The notes: generated by a model not told the origin, from the letters alone. Shown: positions 28,401 to 39,949, counted from the first letter of the stretch. The stretch is 64,000 nt of DNA from Felis catus (GCF_018350175.1 NC_058373.1:100194001-100258000), one strand, 5' to 3'. Program-made: numbers and translations.

Positions 28401-31400
28401 TCAACAATATATATACAACTGTACCAGCATTTTTACATGTATATATACATATATGTATATATGCATCATAACTTTATATTATTAATTCCTTATACATAAA
28501 CCTTTAGATTGTTTCTAGTCTTTCATTATTATGAACAATATTGGGAAAAGTATCCTGGTAGGTACATCTTTGTTTACATGTGTGAATATGCCTGTAAGAT
28601 ATATACATATATAGAGAGAGGAATTGTTGGGTCAGAGGCATTTGAAATTTGATGTCATCACGTAGTCTTTTAAAAGGCTTAAATAATGTAAGCCACCAGG
28701 AAACTAGAAGTACCTTTTTCCCAATATCACATTCAGTACCAATAGCCAAAAATATTTTATCAGATTTTTCTGATCATTGTCATCATGGTGGTAAAAGTGG
28801 CAACTCCAGTGGTTTGCCCATCTTTCTATCAGATTATTGATATTTTTCTCATTGGTTTATAAGAGCTCTTTATATATTAAGGAACCTATTTTTAGCCAAC
28901 TGAGTTGAAATGCTATTTTTATTATATACTGAACTCTTATCTATATTTGGGCCTATTTCTGGACTTTGTGTTCTATTCCATTGCACTGCTTACTGCTGCA
29001 ATTGTATCAAACAATTTTAAATACTGTGATATTATATAAGTCAGTTATGGTATAGCTCAAGATTCCCTCATTAATGTTCTTTCTAGAATTTTCCTGGCAA
29101 GGTTTTAACATTGTGTGTGTGAACTTTACTGAAAAGAGCTCTATATTTTTTATTTTATAACTATGTTTACAGTTCAGAAAGAATTGATACCTTACATTTT
29201 TAGTCTTTGTCTCTAAGAATATATTCCATTTATTCAAATCAATTTTTATGTCCTCTAGTGTTTTAAAGTTTTCTTTTTGGGGGCACCTGGGTGGTTCAGT
29301 CGGTTAAGCATCCGACTTCAGCTCATGTCATGATCTCGCTGTTTGTGATTTTGAGCCCTGCATCGGCTTCTGTGCTGACAGCTTCAAGCCTGGAGCCTGC
29401 TTTGGATTCTGTGTTTCCCTCTCTCTCTGCCCCTCCTCTGCTTGCACTCAGTCTCTGTCTCTCAAAAATAAACATTTAAAAAAAATTTTTTTTAATCTTT
29501 CTTTTTGTAGAATATATGTATTTCTTATGAAATTTACAGTATCCTATATTCAACACAGTTTACTCAGCAGAATAGCCAGAATCTTATTACAGGTTATCCC
29601 TCCACTTAAAATAAAAGCCACAGGCCTTATTTACAATGACTTTTATAGCCTTACGCTTGCAGTCCTTTACCTTTCAGTTCTAATCTCCTACTATCTCATT
29701 TGCTTACTATGTATGTTCCAGTTACATTGACCTTCTCACAATTCCTTGAAAATACTATGCATGTTCTCATCTCAAGGCACTTGCCCTTATTCTCTCCACC
29801 TAGAATGCTTTCCCCCAAACATCTGCATGGCTTGTTCCCTTAATTTTCCTTTGACTGCATTATTGCAATAGCATTCTAATGGGTATTAGGAATACTTGCT
29901 TCTGCCCTTACCTCCTAAATCCCTACATTCAAAAGACATATTAGTTTGGACAAAAGTGGTAGCAAGGGAAGAGGTGAGAAGAGATCACATTGTGGATTTG
30001 ACAGTATAGCTGACAGGATTTGCTGATGGATTGGATGTGAAGAGAGAAGATTAAGATGAATCTAAGCCTTTATGGAAGATATGAAAGAAACTGCATGAGA
30101 AGATTTAAGGGGAATAAAATCAAGTTCGGTTTTGGTTACATTAAGGTTGAGAGGGCTGTTGGGCGGTAGGCAGTTATACACATCAAAGTCCAGACTTCAG
30201 GGGAAAGAACCATATATCTAATTAGTATTATATAGATGCCAATGAAAGCCCTGAGACTGGGTGAGATCACTACGGGAATGTAGATAGAGAAGAAGTTCCA
30301 AAACAACCCTGATGCACTCCAACATGTAGAGGGTGGGGAGATGAGGAATTAGCGGAAAAGATCGAAAAGAATGGCCAATGGGATAGGAAAAAAATCAGGG
30401 TGGCTTGTTTGAGAAGTCAAGTGAAGGAAGTGTTTGAAGAAGTAGGGAATGATCCTACAAAGGCTGATAATAGGTCAAATAAGGGCTGAGAATTAACATT
30501 AGGTTAGGAACATGAGGTTATTGGTGTCCTTGACAAACAGAAGGCAAAGGATAGGCCTAATTGCTCAGCATTCAGGGAAAAATGGGAAGAGAGGAATGTG
30601 AACAGCAAGAATAGATTATTGCAGGAATTATGCTTTGAAGGGGAAAACAAATGACAGCTGGAGGGGAAATTAGGGTTATTAGGGGGGATTTTGTTTTTTT
30701 TCTAAAGTCTAGCATATTTGCTGTCTGGGCAATTCCAGAACAGAGGAAATTGATATTATGCCAGAAATGGATAGTATGGTCTATTCTCTTTGTTGAGTTT
30801 ATTATATTTATTGTTTATTAACCCATTGACCTTGAGAGTTGATATGTCATCTCTTTCATTACTACATTTCTTCCTTGAGTCCTTTTATCTCTTCTTTGTA
30901 TTCATTTCAGAAATGTCATATTCTCATTGAGTTCATGGAGAATTAATCATGTTCATTTGCTTCATGGAGTGATTTTCGTTTTTTTTTTTTTTTTTTAATG
31001 TTTTATTTTTGAGAGAGACAGACAGAGCGTGAGTGGGGAAGGGGCAGAGAGAGAGGAAGACACAGAATCTGAAGCCATCTCCAGGCCCTGAGCTGTCAGC
31101 ACAGAGCCCGACATGGGACTCAAACCCACAAACAGTGAGATCATGACCTGAGCCAAAGCCAGATACTTAACTGATTGAGCCACCTAGGCGCCCCCATGGA
31201 GTGATTTTCATGCTGTGTTCTTCATATGACTTTTGGTTTATAATGTTGCTTTTTTTCCCCTTGTGACATCTTTATGTTAAAAAACCTACAATGGTTCCTT
31301 TTTTTTTTTTTTTTTTTTCAACGTTTATTTATTTTGGGGACAGAGAGAGAGACAGAGCATGAACAGGCGAGGGGTAGAGAGAGAGGGAGACACAGAATCA

Positions 31401-32970
31401 GAAACAGGCTGCAGGCTCTGAGCCATCAGCCCAGAGCCCGACGCGGGGCTCGAACTCACGGACCGCGAGATCGTGACCTGGCTGAAGTCGGACGCTTAAC
31501 CGACTGCGCCACCCAGGCGCCCCAACAATGGTTCCTTTTTGATTATAGGTCATCTTTGAATTAGAAGTATTCTTCTTAGATCAGCTATTTGCCCAACAGT
31601 GAAGTTGTGGGAGAGGAACCTGGGTAGTGGTTGGGAAAGACAGATAGCTTAAATTTTCCCAGTTGTCTTAGAAGACTTTCTTACCAACACTTTTCTCTGG
31701 TGGTATGACTACTCAATGGAGTAGGAAGCAGAGCCCCCCCACTCCATGTCACAGGTTTTTCTCATTTAGATTGATGAACACCTCATGCATGTTAGAATCA
31801 CCCAGAGGAAGCTAAGCTAAACCAATTAAGTGAGAATCACTGGGGGTGAGACTTAATATTTAAGTTTTTTTTTTTTTTATTTTTGAGAGAGAGACAGACA
31901 GAGAGACAGAGCACAAGTAGGAGAGGAGCAGAGAGAGAAGGAGACACTGAATCTGAAACAGGCTCCTGGCTCCGAGGTGTCAACACAGAGCCTGATGCGG
32001 GACTTGAACTCATGAATCCTGAGATAAACTCATGAATCCTGAGCTGAAGTTGAATGCTTACCCAACTGAGGCACCCAGATGCCCCAATATATGTATTTGA
32101 AGCCTCTCCAGTGATCTTTAGGTATAGCCAGACATGGAGAATTACTGGTTAAGGTTTTATTTTTAACTAAGATCAGATACTTGGCTTCATACTTCACCTT
32201 ACTATCATATAGCCTGTTTCTTGCAAAAATATCATGTGTGGGCATTTACATTTTCCCTGATATGCCCTACCTCATCCCACAGCCCACTCACATTTCCTGA
32301 TCATCATACTATTTAAAGGCTTATTAGTTTTATCTTAGGCACACCATCTTTCTTTGGAGAACTCTGAAGTGTACCCATTCTGCCTGATTTTTGCAGTCAG
32401 GCATCTTGTGTTCTAGCTTGTCTGGTTCCATTTTTTTTTTTTTTTTTAATTTACTGTGGAATATAATACACATATAGAAAATGCATAAAATGTAAATACA
32501 CATTCATGTAACCACCATTAGGTCAAGAAACTGAACCTATGCTAGGATCTCAAAAGCCCTGTGATGCCCCTTCCCAATCACAGACACTCTTTCTCCTTTT
32601 ATAAAGGTAACCACTATTCTGACCTATTTGGTAATTATTTCTTTAGTTTTCATTCTTCTCATATTTACGGTTATGGTTGTTTCCTAGTTTCATCAAATGA
32701 GGTGTTCTCTATTATCAGAGGAGAGGGATAGAAATGCCTTTATTCTTCCATGTTTGGAGGTAGAGGACTATTCATTTTAAGGGATCAGAAAATCAAATAC
32801 ATATTTGAATCCATTAAATGCCTTATATTAGTCTCATTTTTAAAGGGGTGCCTGGGTGACTAAGTCAGTTGAGCATCTGACTTCAGCTGAAGTCATAATC
32901 TCGCAGTTCATGAGTTAGAGCCCATGTTGGGCTCTCTGCTATCAGTGTGGAGCCTACTTGGGATCCTCTG

Positions 32971-33031
<61 letters not shown>

Positions 33032-33245
33032 CTTCCCCTCCTTCATGTGCACACACTCTCTCTCTCAAAAATAAATATTAAACAAATAACTTCTCCAAAA
33101 TACAGTATTAAGGTGAAATGGGGAGAAAGGAGTAATAAGTTACATTAAAAAAATAATAAAATATTCTACAAAAACATTTTATCTTTATTGAACTTTATTT
33201 CATTTTATTCTTAGTCATTTTATGAGATTGCTTGTTTGGGTTTGT

Positions 33246-33301
<56 letters not shown>

Positions 33302-35977
33302 AACAGAGGAGCTTAGACATCATGTAATTAACACCGCAAAGGCTTGTGTTTTAACAGAGGAAGTCAGAGATCATATAGCTAATGCCCCAGTGGCAGAGAA
33401 CATACACCAGCAGTTCAACGTATGATACCCTAGTGCAAGCAATTAGCTTGACTTGATTTATAGTTTCATCAGTAAATGCAAAATTATGAGGTCAGAATTT
33501 TAAACCTGTATTTCTCTTACAACAATTATGGCACCAGATTTTTCAGTATCAATAAGAATATCAGTAATGAACATGGTAACCACTGTTTTGGGTACCCAAG
33601 AATTTAAATGTATATTCAAGTTAATTAAATCTTTTTTAGGAATATGAAGCCATCTACCTAGCAAAATTAACCATACAGATGATGTCACCACTCCAGATAG
33701 AAAGGTCATTATCCGTTCATTCTGGACCCACAGGTAAGGATGTTTTTTCATTTTGGAGAAGGTTGGGGAGAGAGATGATGGTATGAAAGGTAGAAAGCAT
33801 CTTTTGCTCTTTATTGGTTATACTGAACAATTTAAATTGTTTAGAAAACTTGGGGTAGACTATTGAATTAAAACAAGGTAGTTGTAAATTTTAATTTTAT
33901 ACTGTTTATGTGTATTATATGTGTATTATATTGTATTATATTGTGTATTATATTGAGCTTCTACTGTGTAAACACCACTGTACTTGGTTAATAGAATAGG
34001 CTAGTTAGAAGATCACATTTCTGCTTCGTTTTAGTTTAAGTCTTTAAGTGGTGTAACTGCTGTAAAGATTAAAATAAGAGGGATCTGGAGAAGGGGCTTT
34101 AAGTACACTCCATGATCTTACTAAAAATAAAAGATGGTTAAATAAGTCAAATCATGTTTCAAGTTAAATAGGGTGACTAATGTGAGCCACCCCCGTTTTT
34201 CTCTTGTCATCAATATTTCAGTCCCTTCTCCCTTTCTTCCCTTTTTCAGAGTATTCTCTCCATTATTTTCAAAGTTAATGATCCAAGCATGCTGTCAAAA
34301 TCTTTTAACTTTATCTTTCTTCTCCAAGACCTTTGTTACCCTTGTTTGTATCCTTTCCTTTTTACTCAATCTCAGTCTATTTCAGGTTCATATTGGCCTC
34401 CTATCCAAACTCTAACTTGGTTTATTCTGTACATTCTTGCCAGATTTATTTTCATAGAAGATAGTTCATAAAAGATAGTTCTAATGTATTTTTCCTGTAC
34501 AAAAGCCTTCATTGGTTTTATTCCTACAGAAGAAAACATAGAGTGTCATAGTAAGTAAAGGCACTTCTGATCTTGGTGTCTCTCAGAGTTCCTCTTTATA
34601 TATGCATTCCAGAAAACTGAACTCATGGTTTCATTTGTGTCTTCTTTTCTCCACCTAGAGTGCATCACATTGTCTCTCTACCCTTAAAAACTTAGTTCAC
34701 ACGTTACTCAAGAGAAAGGATGATTAACTTAATCTTCCTCCAATCCCTAGTTATTTGGAATTCCTATACTCTAGAGCTTTATTTGTACCTCCTCACTTTC
34801 TGCTTGTATTAGTTGTTGATGTTTCTTACCTCTTTTAGATCCAAGTTCAGCACTTCATCTGAAACTCAGCTGGACCAGCTGTATTTAGCTTTATGGCTAG
34901 CATATTTTCTTTATCCCATTGCCTTGATATTCTATCATTATTTTATTGATCTTATAGTGAGACATTATGTTAGAATCCAACCTCTGATACAACATTATTA
35001 CCATGATTTAGCCCAACCTGTTGGGCATAACTTTAAGCTTGTGCCATTGTTAGGCAGATAACACAGTAGACCCTTTACCATTTTAATTGTTCCCCTAAGT
35101 TTTCCTCCATGGAGACTCAAATTTCTTGACTATAACTATTGGCCATATAGGGGTAACTTTGATTCTCTGTAGAAAATTTCTGTACTAGCAGACTTTGATG
35201 TAAAGAGTAGGTAAAATAAAATCTGCTCTGTGACATCCCATCCTTTCTCTTAGTTTTAGACTTCTTGGTAATCAAACCACAGCTTCACTGGAAAAATATT
35301 TTCAGCAGTGTCTATGAAAGCAAAAAGATAATCATATCTCAAAAATAAGATTGCAAAAATACAAAATTAATCTCTTAAATTTTATGTTCGAAGTCACAGG
35401 TTTACGGTGCCTAAAAAACAAATTTGGCAACCAAACATTTAGGTACCATTATCTCTTTAAAAATTCTGTTTTCAAGATATTTTAAAAATTAATGATTGTG
35501 GGGCACCTAGGTGCCTCAGTCGGTTAAGCATTTGCCTTCCACTCAGGTCATGATCTCACACAAGAGATTGTGAGTTCGAGCCCCACATCGGGCTCTCTGC
35601 TCTCAGTGCGGATCTTCTGTCTGCCACCCCCCCCAAAATAAATAAGTAAATAAATATTAATGATTGTTATTTGTAATATCTAAGACATAGTTAATTCTCA
35701 AGAGGGGAAATATATCCTGTCATGAAGATATAAAATTGTTTGGGTAACAGAAGAATTTACTAACATTCACTAAAAATTCAGTTATGGAATTCTAGTGAAT
35801 ATCCCTACATTTATGAAAATGAAATTTTTACTGGATCTAACATTGTAGCAATTGGACTTATTTAAGTTCCCATTATATGTTATATTCATGCAATAATTTT
35901 TAGGCAGTTTGAAGAGAACACATGAAGAAGAAGATGATTTTGGAAACATGCAAGTGGCAACTGCACAAAATGGCTGA
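2219..35977 (+). CDS. STYX: serine/threonine/tyrosine-interacting protein STYX (pseudophosphatase), 11 coding exons, 672 nt, 223 aa
   Basis: join(2219..2275,14741..14773,16478..16531,20597..20694,24058..24118,24528..24564,24997..25036,25128..25178,27355..27427,33640..33733,35904..35977); all GT-AG, phases consistent; MEDVKLEFPSLPQCKEDAEEWTYPMRREMQ...VHGNAGISRS...QVATAQNG*. Confidence 0.98.
3775..4300 (-). mobile_element. ancient MLT1-like LTR remnant
   Basis: GGTTGCAAGTGACAAAAACCAGCTCAGACTAGCT and GGATTGGGC..CCTAGGTCATGTGCCCATCC motifs. Confidence 0.5.
4754..5246 (-). mobile_element. two adjacent Can-SINEs (4754-4954, 5002-5246)
   Basis: Antisense tRNA-derived head (CCACCCAGGTGCCC), GA tract, T-tail. 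Confidence 0.9.
5869..6080 (-). mobile_element. SINEC_Fc-type SINE
   Basis: TSD ACACTACCAATTTTTAAAT at 5850-5868 and 6081-6099. Confidence 0.93.
6421..6652 (-). mobile_element. SINEC_Fc-type SINE inserted in a MER5-like remnant
   Basis: TSD GGAACCAGATAATTCT at 6405-6420 and 6653-6668. Confidence 0.93.
6815..7253 (-). mobile_element. two tandem SINEC_Fc-type SINEs (6815-7022, 7045-7253)
   Basis: Full SINE bodies separated by a copy of the target site. Confidence 0.93.
9100..11090 (-). mobile_element. ancient L1 (L1M) fragments, antisense
   Basis: Degenerate L1 3'/ORF2-like sequence (e.g. GAGCAGAAGTTTTTAATTTTCATGAA). Confidence 0.6.
11097..11311 (-). mobile_element. Can-SINE with (TTTA)n tail
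   Basis: SINE body, head truncated. Confidence 0.85.
11815..12590 (+). mobile_element. ancient L1ME-like 3' end with a short SINE inserted
   Basis: GGTGAGGATGTGGAACA...GTGTAAATTGG...TGATTCCATTTATAT motifs. Confidence 0.6.
12775..13361 (-). mobile_element. possible ERV solo LTR
   Basis: ~590-bp block of distinct composition starting TGTAGCCAG and ending CTAGCTAAGA; family not identified. Confidence 0.35.
14256..14419 (+). mobile_element. hAT-Charlie MITE (MER105-like)
   Basis: Terminal inverted repeats CAGGGATGGCAAATA ... TATTTGACATTTCTG. Confidence 0.65.
14741..14773 (+). CDS. STYX: STYX coding exon 2
   Basis: ttttaag|EWTYPMRREMQ|gtaaga. Confidence 0.96.
14975..15066. repeat. compound microsatellite (TA)n(CA)n(TACA)n
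   Basis: Read directly. Confidence 0.95.
16131..16352 (-). mobile_element. SINEC_Fc-type SINE ~125 nt upstream of STYX exon 3
   Basis: TSD TAGATAGCAAGCTTT. Confidence 0.93.
16478..16531 (+). CDS. STYX: STYX coding exon 3
   Basis: ttctag|EILPGLFLGPYSSAMKSK|gtatga. Confidence 0.96.
17330..17807 (-). mobile_element. two Can-SINEs (17330-17520, 17591-17807)
   Basis: SINE heads and T-tails. Confidence 0.88.
18389..18603 (+). mobile_element. Can-SINE
   Basis: GGGGCTCCTGGGTGGCTCAG head; TSD AAAGGGACAAATT. Confidence 0.9.
19128..19497 (-). mobile_element. MLT1A-like ERVL-MaLR solo LTR
   Basis: CTTAGCTCAGGCTGCTGTAATAAAATAC...TTCAGTCCATAACA pattern. Confidence 0.75.
20597..20694 (+). CDS. STYX: STYX coding exon 4
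   Basis: ttatag|LPILQKYGITHIICIRQNIEANFVKPNFQQLF(R)|gtaaga. Confidence 0.96.
21818..22029 (+). mobile_element. Can-SINE
   Basis: Head, CT tract, A-tail. Confidence 0.9.
22394..22634 (-). mobile_element. Can-SINE with expanded (TG)n(AG)n
   Basis: SINE body containing a compound microsatellite. Confidence 0.9.
24058..24118 (+). CDS. STYX: STYX coding exon 5
   Basis: tttcag|YLVLDIADNPVENIIRYFPM|gtaggt. Confidence 0.96.
24528..24564 (+). CDS. STYX: STYX coding exon 6
   Basis: cttcag|TKEFIDGSLQTG(G)|gtaaat. Confidence 0.95.
24997..25036 (+). CDS. STYX: STYX coding exon 7 (inactive P-loop HGNAGISR)
   Basis: tttcag|KVLVHGNAGISR(S)|gtatga; Gly120 codon GGA at 25014-25016. Confidence 0.96.
25128..25178 (+). 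CDS. STYX: STYX coding exon 8
   Basis: cttcag|AAFVIAYIMETFGMKY(R)|gtaaga, after a 91-nt intron. Confidence 0.96.
25580..25798 (+). mobile_element. Can-SINE
   Basis: TSD TAAAAGGCTAAT. Confidence 0.9.
26547..26730 (+). mobile_element. Can-SINE (older, tail-less)
   Basis: SINE head; flanking AAAGTGTCA repeat. Confidence 0.85.
27355..27427 (+). CDS. STYX: STYX coding exon 9
   Basis: tttcag|DAFAYVQERRFCINPNAGFVHQLQ|gtaact. Confidence 0.96.
27552..27911 (-). mobile_element. two Can-SINEs (short old copy 27552-27681; 27724-27911)
   Basis: SINE heads on the minus strand. Confidence 0.82.
29279..29490 (+). mobile_element. Can-SINE
   Basis: Head, CT tract, tail. Confidence 0.9.
29550..30760. mobile_element. 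L2 remnants
   Basis: Degenerate L2 motifs (CAGGATTTGCTGATGGATTGGATGTG; CAAGTTCGGTTTTGGTTACATTAAG). Confidence 0.55.
30980..31194 (-). mobile_element. Can-SINE
   Basis: TSD CATGGAGTGATTTTC. Confidence 0.92.
31304..31523 (-). mobile_element. young felid SINE (SINEC_Fc1-like)
   Basis: CpG-rich body, pure T tail, TSD ACAATGGTTCCTTTTT at 31288-31303 and 31525-31540. Confidence 0.93.
31865..32085 (-). mobile_element. Can-SINE with internal 17-bp duplication
   Basis: AACTCATGAATCCTGAG at 32007-32023 and 32027-32043. Confidence 0.88.
32845..33085 (+). mobile_element. Can-SINE with long (CT)n
   Basis: Head plus expanded CT microsatellite. Confidence 0.9.
33247..33298. repeat. (GT)26 microsatellite
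   Basis: Read directly. Confidence 0.95.
33640..33733 (+). CDS. STYX: STYX coding exon 10
   Basis: ttttag|EYEAIYLAKLTIQMMSPLQIERSLSVHSGPT(G)|gtaagg. Confidence 0.96.
35499..35655 (+). mobile_element. Can-SINE (internally deleted)
   Basis: Head; TSD TTAATGATTGT. Confidence 0.85.
35904..35977 (+). CDS. STYX: STYX coding exon 11 (stop)
   Basis: ttttag|SLKRTHEEEDDFGNMQVATAQNG*TGA. Confidence 0.96.
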
Positions 35978-38934
35978 CTCGAGAGCAAGATTACAGAGGA
36001 TGTGAATTTCTATTTGGGAAGGAGAAAATACTAGAGACAATAATAATGTAAAATGGTAAAAATACAAGTAGTTTTTTTTTTTTTTTCAATTATATGTTGC
36101 TTCCAGACGTGTTTCTCTGCAACTTGTTGAGCAACATTTTAAGAAGATGTTGACTTCTGCAATAGATGGCACTGATGGTTTTACTCCTTTTTTCTTTTCT
36201 TTTTCCTTTCTTTCTTTCTTTCTTTTTTTTTTTACACTTTACAGTTTTATTATAAACCAAGAATTTTGGACTTGCAAAGAGGTATTATTGCAATAATGCA
36301 CTTTTCATACTTGAAATTTATTTGTATGATATAAAGTTATTACTTTAAACAAAATGCAAGTTAGGGGGGATTTGTTTATAAAATCTGGGTAATTTATAAC
36401 GAGAATTTCCTAAAGTTTGCTAAAAATTCATTTTGTGTTCTATATATTACATTTTAAAAATAATTTTACAGTTCACTTTTATGATGGAACCTCTTATGGA
36501 AACATTAGCAAATGCAGAAATCTGCCACATACATGTTTTAGTATAATTCAGTAGCTTCATTACCCTTTTATTTTTTTAAACTTCTTTATCCCTTATTAAT
36601 AATCTTTGAATCATGACATTAGCCAACTCTTCTTACTTTAACATGATCCAAGTATTGCTTCTATTCCTATTATCTTCGTAATTTGTTTATTCTAAAGAAA
36701 AAAAGTATAATGAACAGAGGAAGATGTTTTGCTTGGTGATACCAGATGCTAAAAAACAAGGAGTTTTAGACTTTTGAGTGACTTTCCTTTTTTCCTTAAC
36801 AGCCAAATGTTGTGTTTGTTCTTTTTAGAGTTGCCTACCCCATTTTTTCTCTGTCCAAAATAGTTCGAAATAGAATATAATAACCAATGTAGCACTATTT
36901 TTTTTCTAAATGAAGCCCAAAAGAGAAAAGTGCCTTGCATTATTAAAAAATTAAAAATAAAAAAATAAATCTTCACGACCTCTAAATTAGTATGTATAAC
37001 GGTGAAAAGTTTTTAATGTTCTTTTGTAATTTCTTTTTCTTTTTAACCACAAATTAGTTAAAACAGAGTCTGCGGCTTAAAGAAACCTCAGTAAGTTATT
37101 AATGTGAAATATTTACTCCTTCATTTTATGTTGTCTTAATGAGTCTGTGAGGTTGTTCTGGCTCAGATAGCAGCTTTTCTTGAAGATGCATTTATTGGGG
37201 AAAGTGGTTTGTGGGAAACCTCATTGTATTTAAAATTAGTGTTTTAATTCTTTACATTGAGTTAATCCAAATTTCCCCCATAATTTGCATTAACAAAGTC
37301 ACTTTATGGCTCCTTAATTCTCCATATTTTTATTTATACATATAAAGATTGTTCTAAGAAAAACATTTTTGCTATTTTAAGTATGCCATGAGGGAGGAGA
37401 GGAGTGTTTTTAACTTTTTATAGTTGATTTAGGGTAGCACAAACAAAACTCCTTTATATCTCATTTTTCAGTCCTCTCTTGAGGTGCTTTACTGATGGGA
37501 ATGATTTCCATACATTCCCTTGGTACCATCAGGTACTATGCAAGGTAACCCATTACACCAAGTTACTTGTTTTGCTTTCCTCCCTACAATGTAATATAAT
37601 ACAGTAAAAAAGCTTTTTTTTATCCAGCATAGCAGGAGAGTGGAAATGAATTAAAATTGTTTTATTAACTAAGAGTTAATTCCTATTTACCGAGGTGGTA
37701 TTCTTCTGATTCCTTTCTCTTCCCCTATTTTACCACCCTGAGAAGAGCCTATAATCATAAGATCCCACTGTGGTCTTGTATTCTGTTGTGTGATTAGGTC
37801 ATGGTGTGGTAGTCCAGTAGAGTCAAGATTTGCATTGTGTTCAGAAATTCCACTTGGCAAAATGCCAGATAACACAGCTTTCCTGTATATAGATCACTAT
37901 ATAGGTCAGCAAAAACCTCTCTTGCAACCTAATAATCTGTGATGCTTCTTCATTCAGCAGAAACTCTGCTTAAAAGAATCTTCGTAATACTACATTTAGG
38001 TTTTAAAATGAGGGAGTTAAGATTTTTAAAATTAGTTTCTTAAATACACATATCCTCTCTAGTCTGGCCAAAAATACAGATTTGGTCATTTATTAATTTA
38101 AAGCTGGTAATTTTCCACTTTTTCTAACCACTGTAATTTTTATGTTGTCACTGAAGTGCCTGCCCAGCACTGTATATTAAAGACTGTCTCTTGAACACTA
38201 GGAAAAGGGACTATCATCTTCTTGAGTACAGTACTAATGGGGACAAAACATGAAGTTTTTCTTTTCATGTAAGAACACCCCAAGTTTGTTTTACCTAAAT
38301 TCAGCTAGTTCTGGTAGCTCTTCTAGTCTTTCTTCTGTTTGGTTCCATTTCTGTTAATTCTTTTATTTCTACAGATGTTTTGTGATAGTTACCTATAATA
38401 CATTTAACCAATCATGACTTTTTTTCTAGACTATTTGAATAATGTATGAGTGATGTAGCACCTAATTTTAGACATTAAATATGTTATCTGGGCAAGGATT
38501 TAAACTGAAATTGCAGGAAAACTGCTTTACTGTCCATGTTAAAAGTATGAAACAAGTATTGAAAATATTCAAACTGGAATGGCAGTATTCTTACCTTCTA
38601 ATTTTAATTAGTTCATGTTAATTTCTTATCTATTATGTGTTTAAAGAGCAATTACCTTTATTTGTATCTACTCTATGGTGGAAATGTTAAACCATGATAG
38701 CTTCTGGCTTCTGATACCAACTCTCAACCACTTAACTTTTACAGCAGAATATTTGTTTTGGGGGGAGGGGGATTTTGTGCTTCATATGAGTTTAGAAGTA
38801 ATGTCAGAAAATGTTAAGCATGTCCTTTTTAAGAAAATATAAGGTTTCTAATTGTCTAATTACCATGGTAATTCAAGTGAATTAGAAGTATTTAACTGCA
38901 ATCTTGAATTATAAAGTTGGGATGCATATATATA

Positions 38935-38981
<47 letters not shown>

Positions 38982-39600
38982 CAGGATCTCAACTTGATGT
39001 AAAGTAAATGAGCAGTTACCTGGCGGATTTTTTTTTTTTTTTATAACTGGTTTAATCCATAATTCCATAACAAGCTTAGCTTCACTTCAGTATTTACTTT
39101 ATCTTTGTCCATCCAAACATGCTCCAATATGGAAATGATAGGAAATAACTAAGATTACTAAAAGATTTTATTTTATTTTTAGAAAGATAAGTTTCTAGGA
39201 TCTTTGAATGCTGGATTTTTTTGTCTTACCCATCCATGGCAGCTAAAAAAAAAAAAATCAAAATATTCAGGTTTACATGTTAGCTCTCTCATAGGGAGTT
39301 GCCATACCTCACAGTTCAAAGTGTATTCTATAGATCAGTAACATTATACTGACATGTAATTGCAATTTACTATGCAGCAAAAATGATTCAAGAAGAAAAA
39401 CAACCTACAGTGTCTATTTACCTTTGTATAGGGAATTGCTTAAGTTACTCTGCTTTTAACATTTGTACTTGGATAAAATGCTTATGTATGTATAGGAATG
39501 TCACAGTGCAAGATGCTGCTAGCCCAGGCACAAAGTATTAAAATTATTTTGTGAAGATTGGTGGTTGTATTAAAACTGTTGTGCCATTATACCTCAAAAA
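35978..39600 (+). other. STYX: probable long STYX 3'UTR
   Basis: ~3.6 kb AT-rich stretch without SINEs after the stop; ATTAAA at 39537-39542 and 39569-39574; exact end not determinable. Confidence 0.6.
38926..38981. repeat. (TA)/(CA)n/(TA) microsatellite in STYX 3'UTR
   Basis: Read directly. Confidence 0.9.
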
Positions 39601-39949
39601 GATTGAAACGTTCATTTATACTGCTTATGCCTCAGAACTTCTTTAGATTGTTGTCTTCTAGGTAAAAGTAACCTGCTTTTACTACCTCAGATTAATAGGG
39701 ATGAACAAACATTGGATGTTAAGCATTTAAGAGTATCTTCCAAAAACATTGTATGGTCACACACACACAAATCCAGGCAAGGCCTGAATTTTAGCTCAAG
39801 AATATTTCTTAAGTATTAGTTGAACAAACTTGGAGTTGGAAGTAAATTCCTGTCTGAAGGAAAGAGTATAAATCATCCACAGAGCAGCTTCTAGTCTGTT
39901 AAAAACAACACTACTTGTGTTCACAGTACCATATTCCCCATCAGCCTAC

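Noticed and set aside
33222..33425. 67-aa ORF with a 17-aa internal repeat (CVLTEE...)
   Set aside because: Arises from a GT microsatellite plus a 51-bp duplication; treated as a splice-signal observation instead.
33908..33955. TGTGTATTATA minisatellite downstream of STYX exon 10
   Set aside because: Simple slippage repeat; does not match the Pumilio TGTANATA element.
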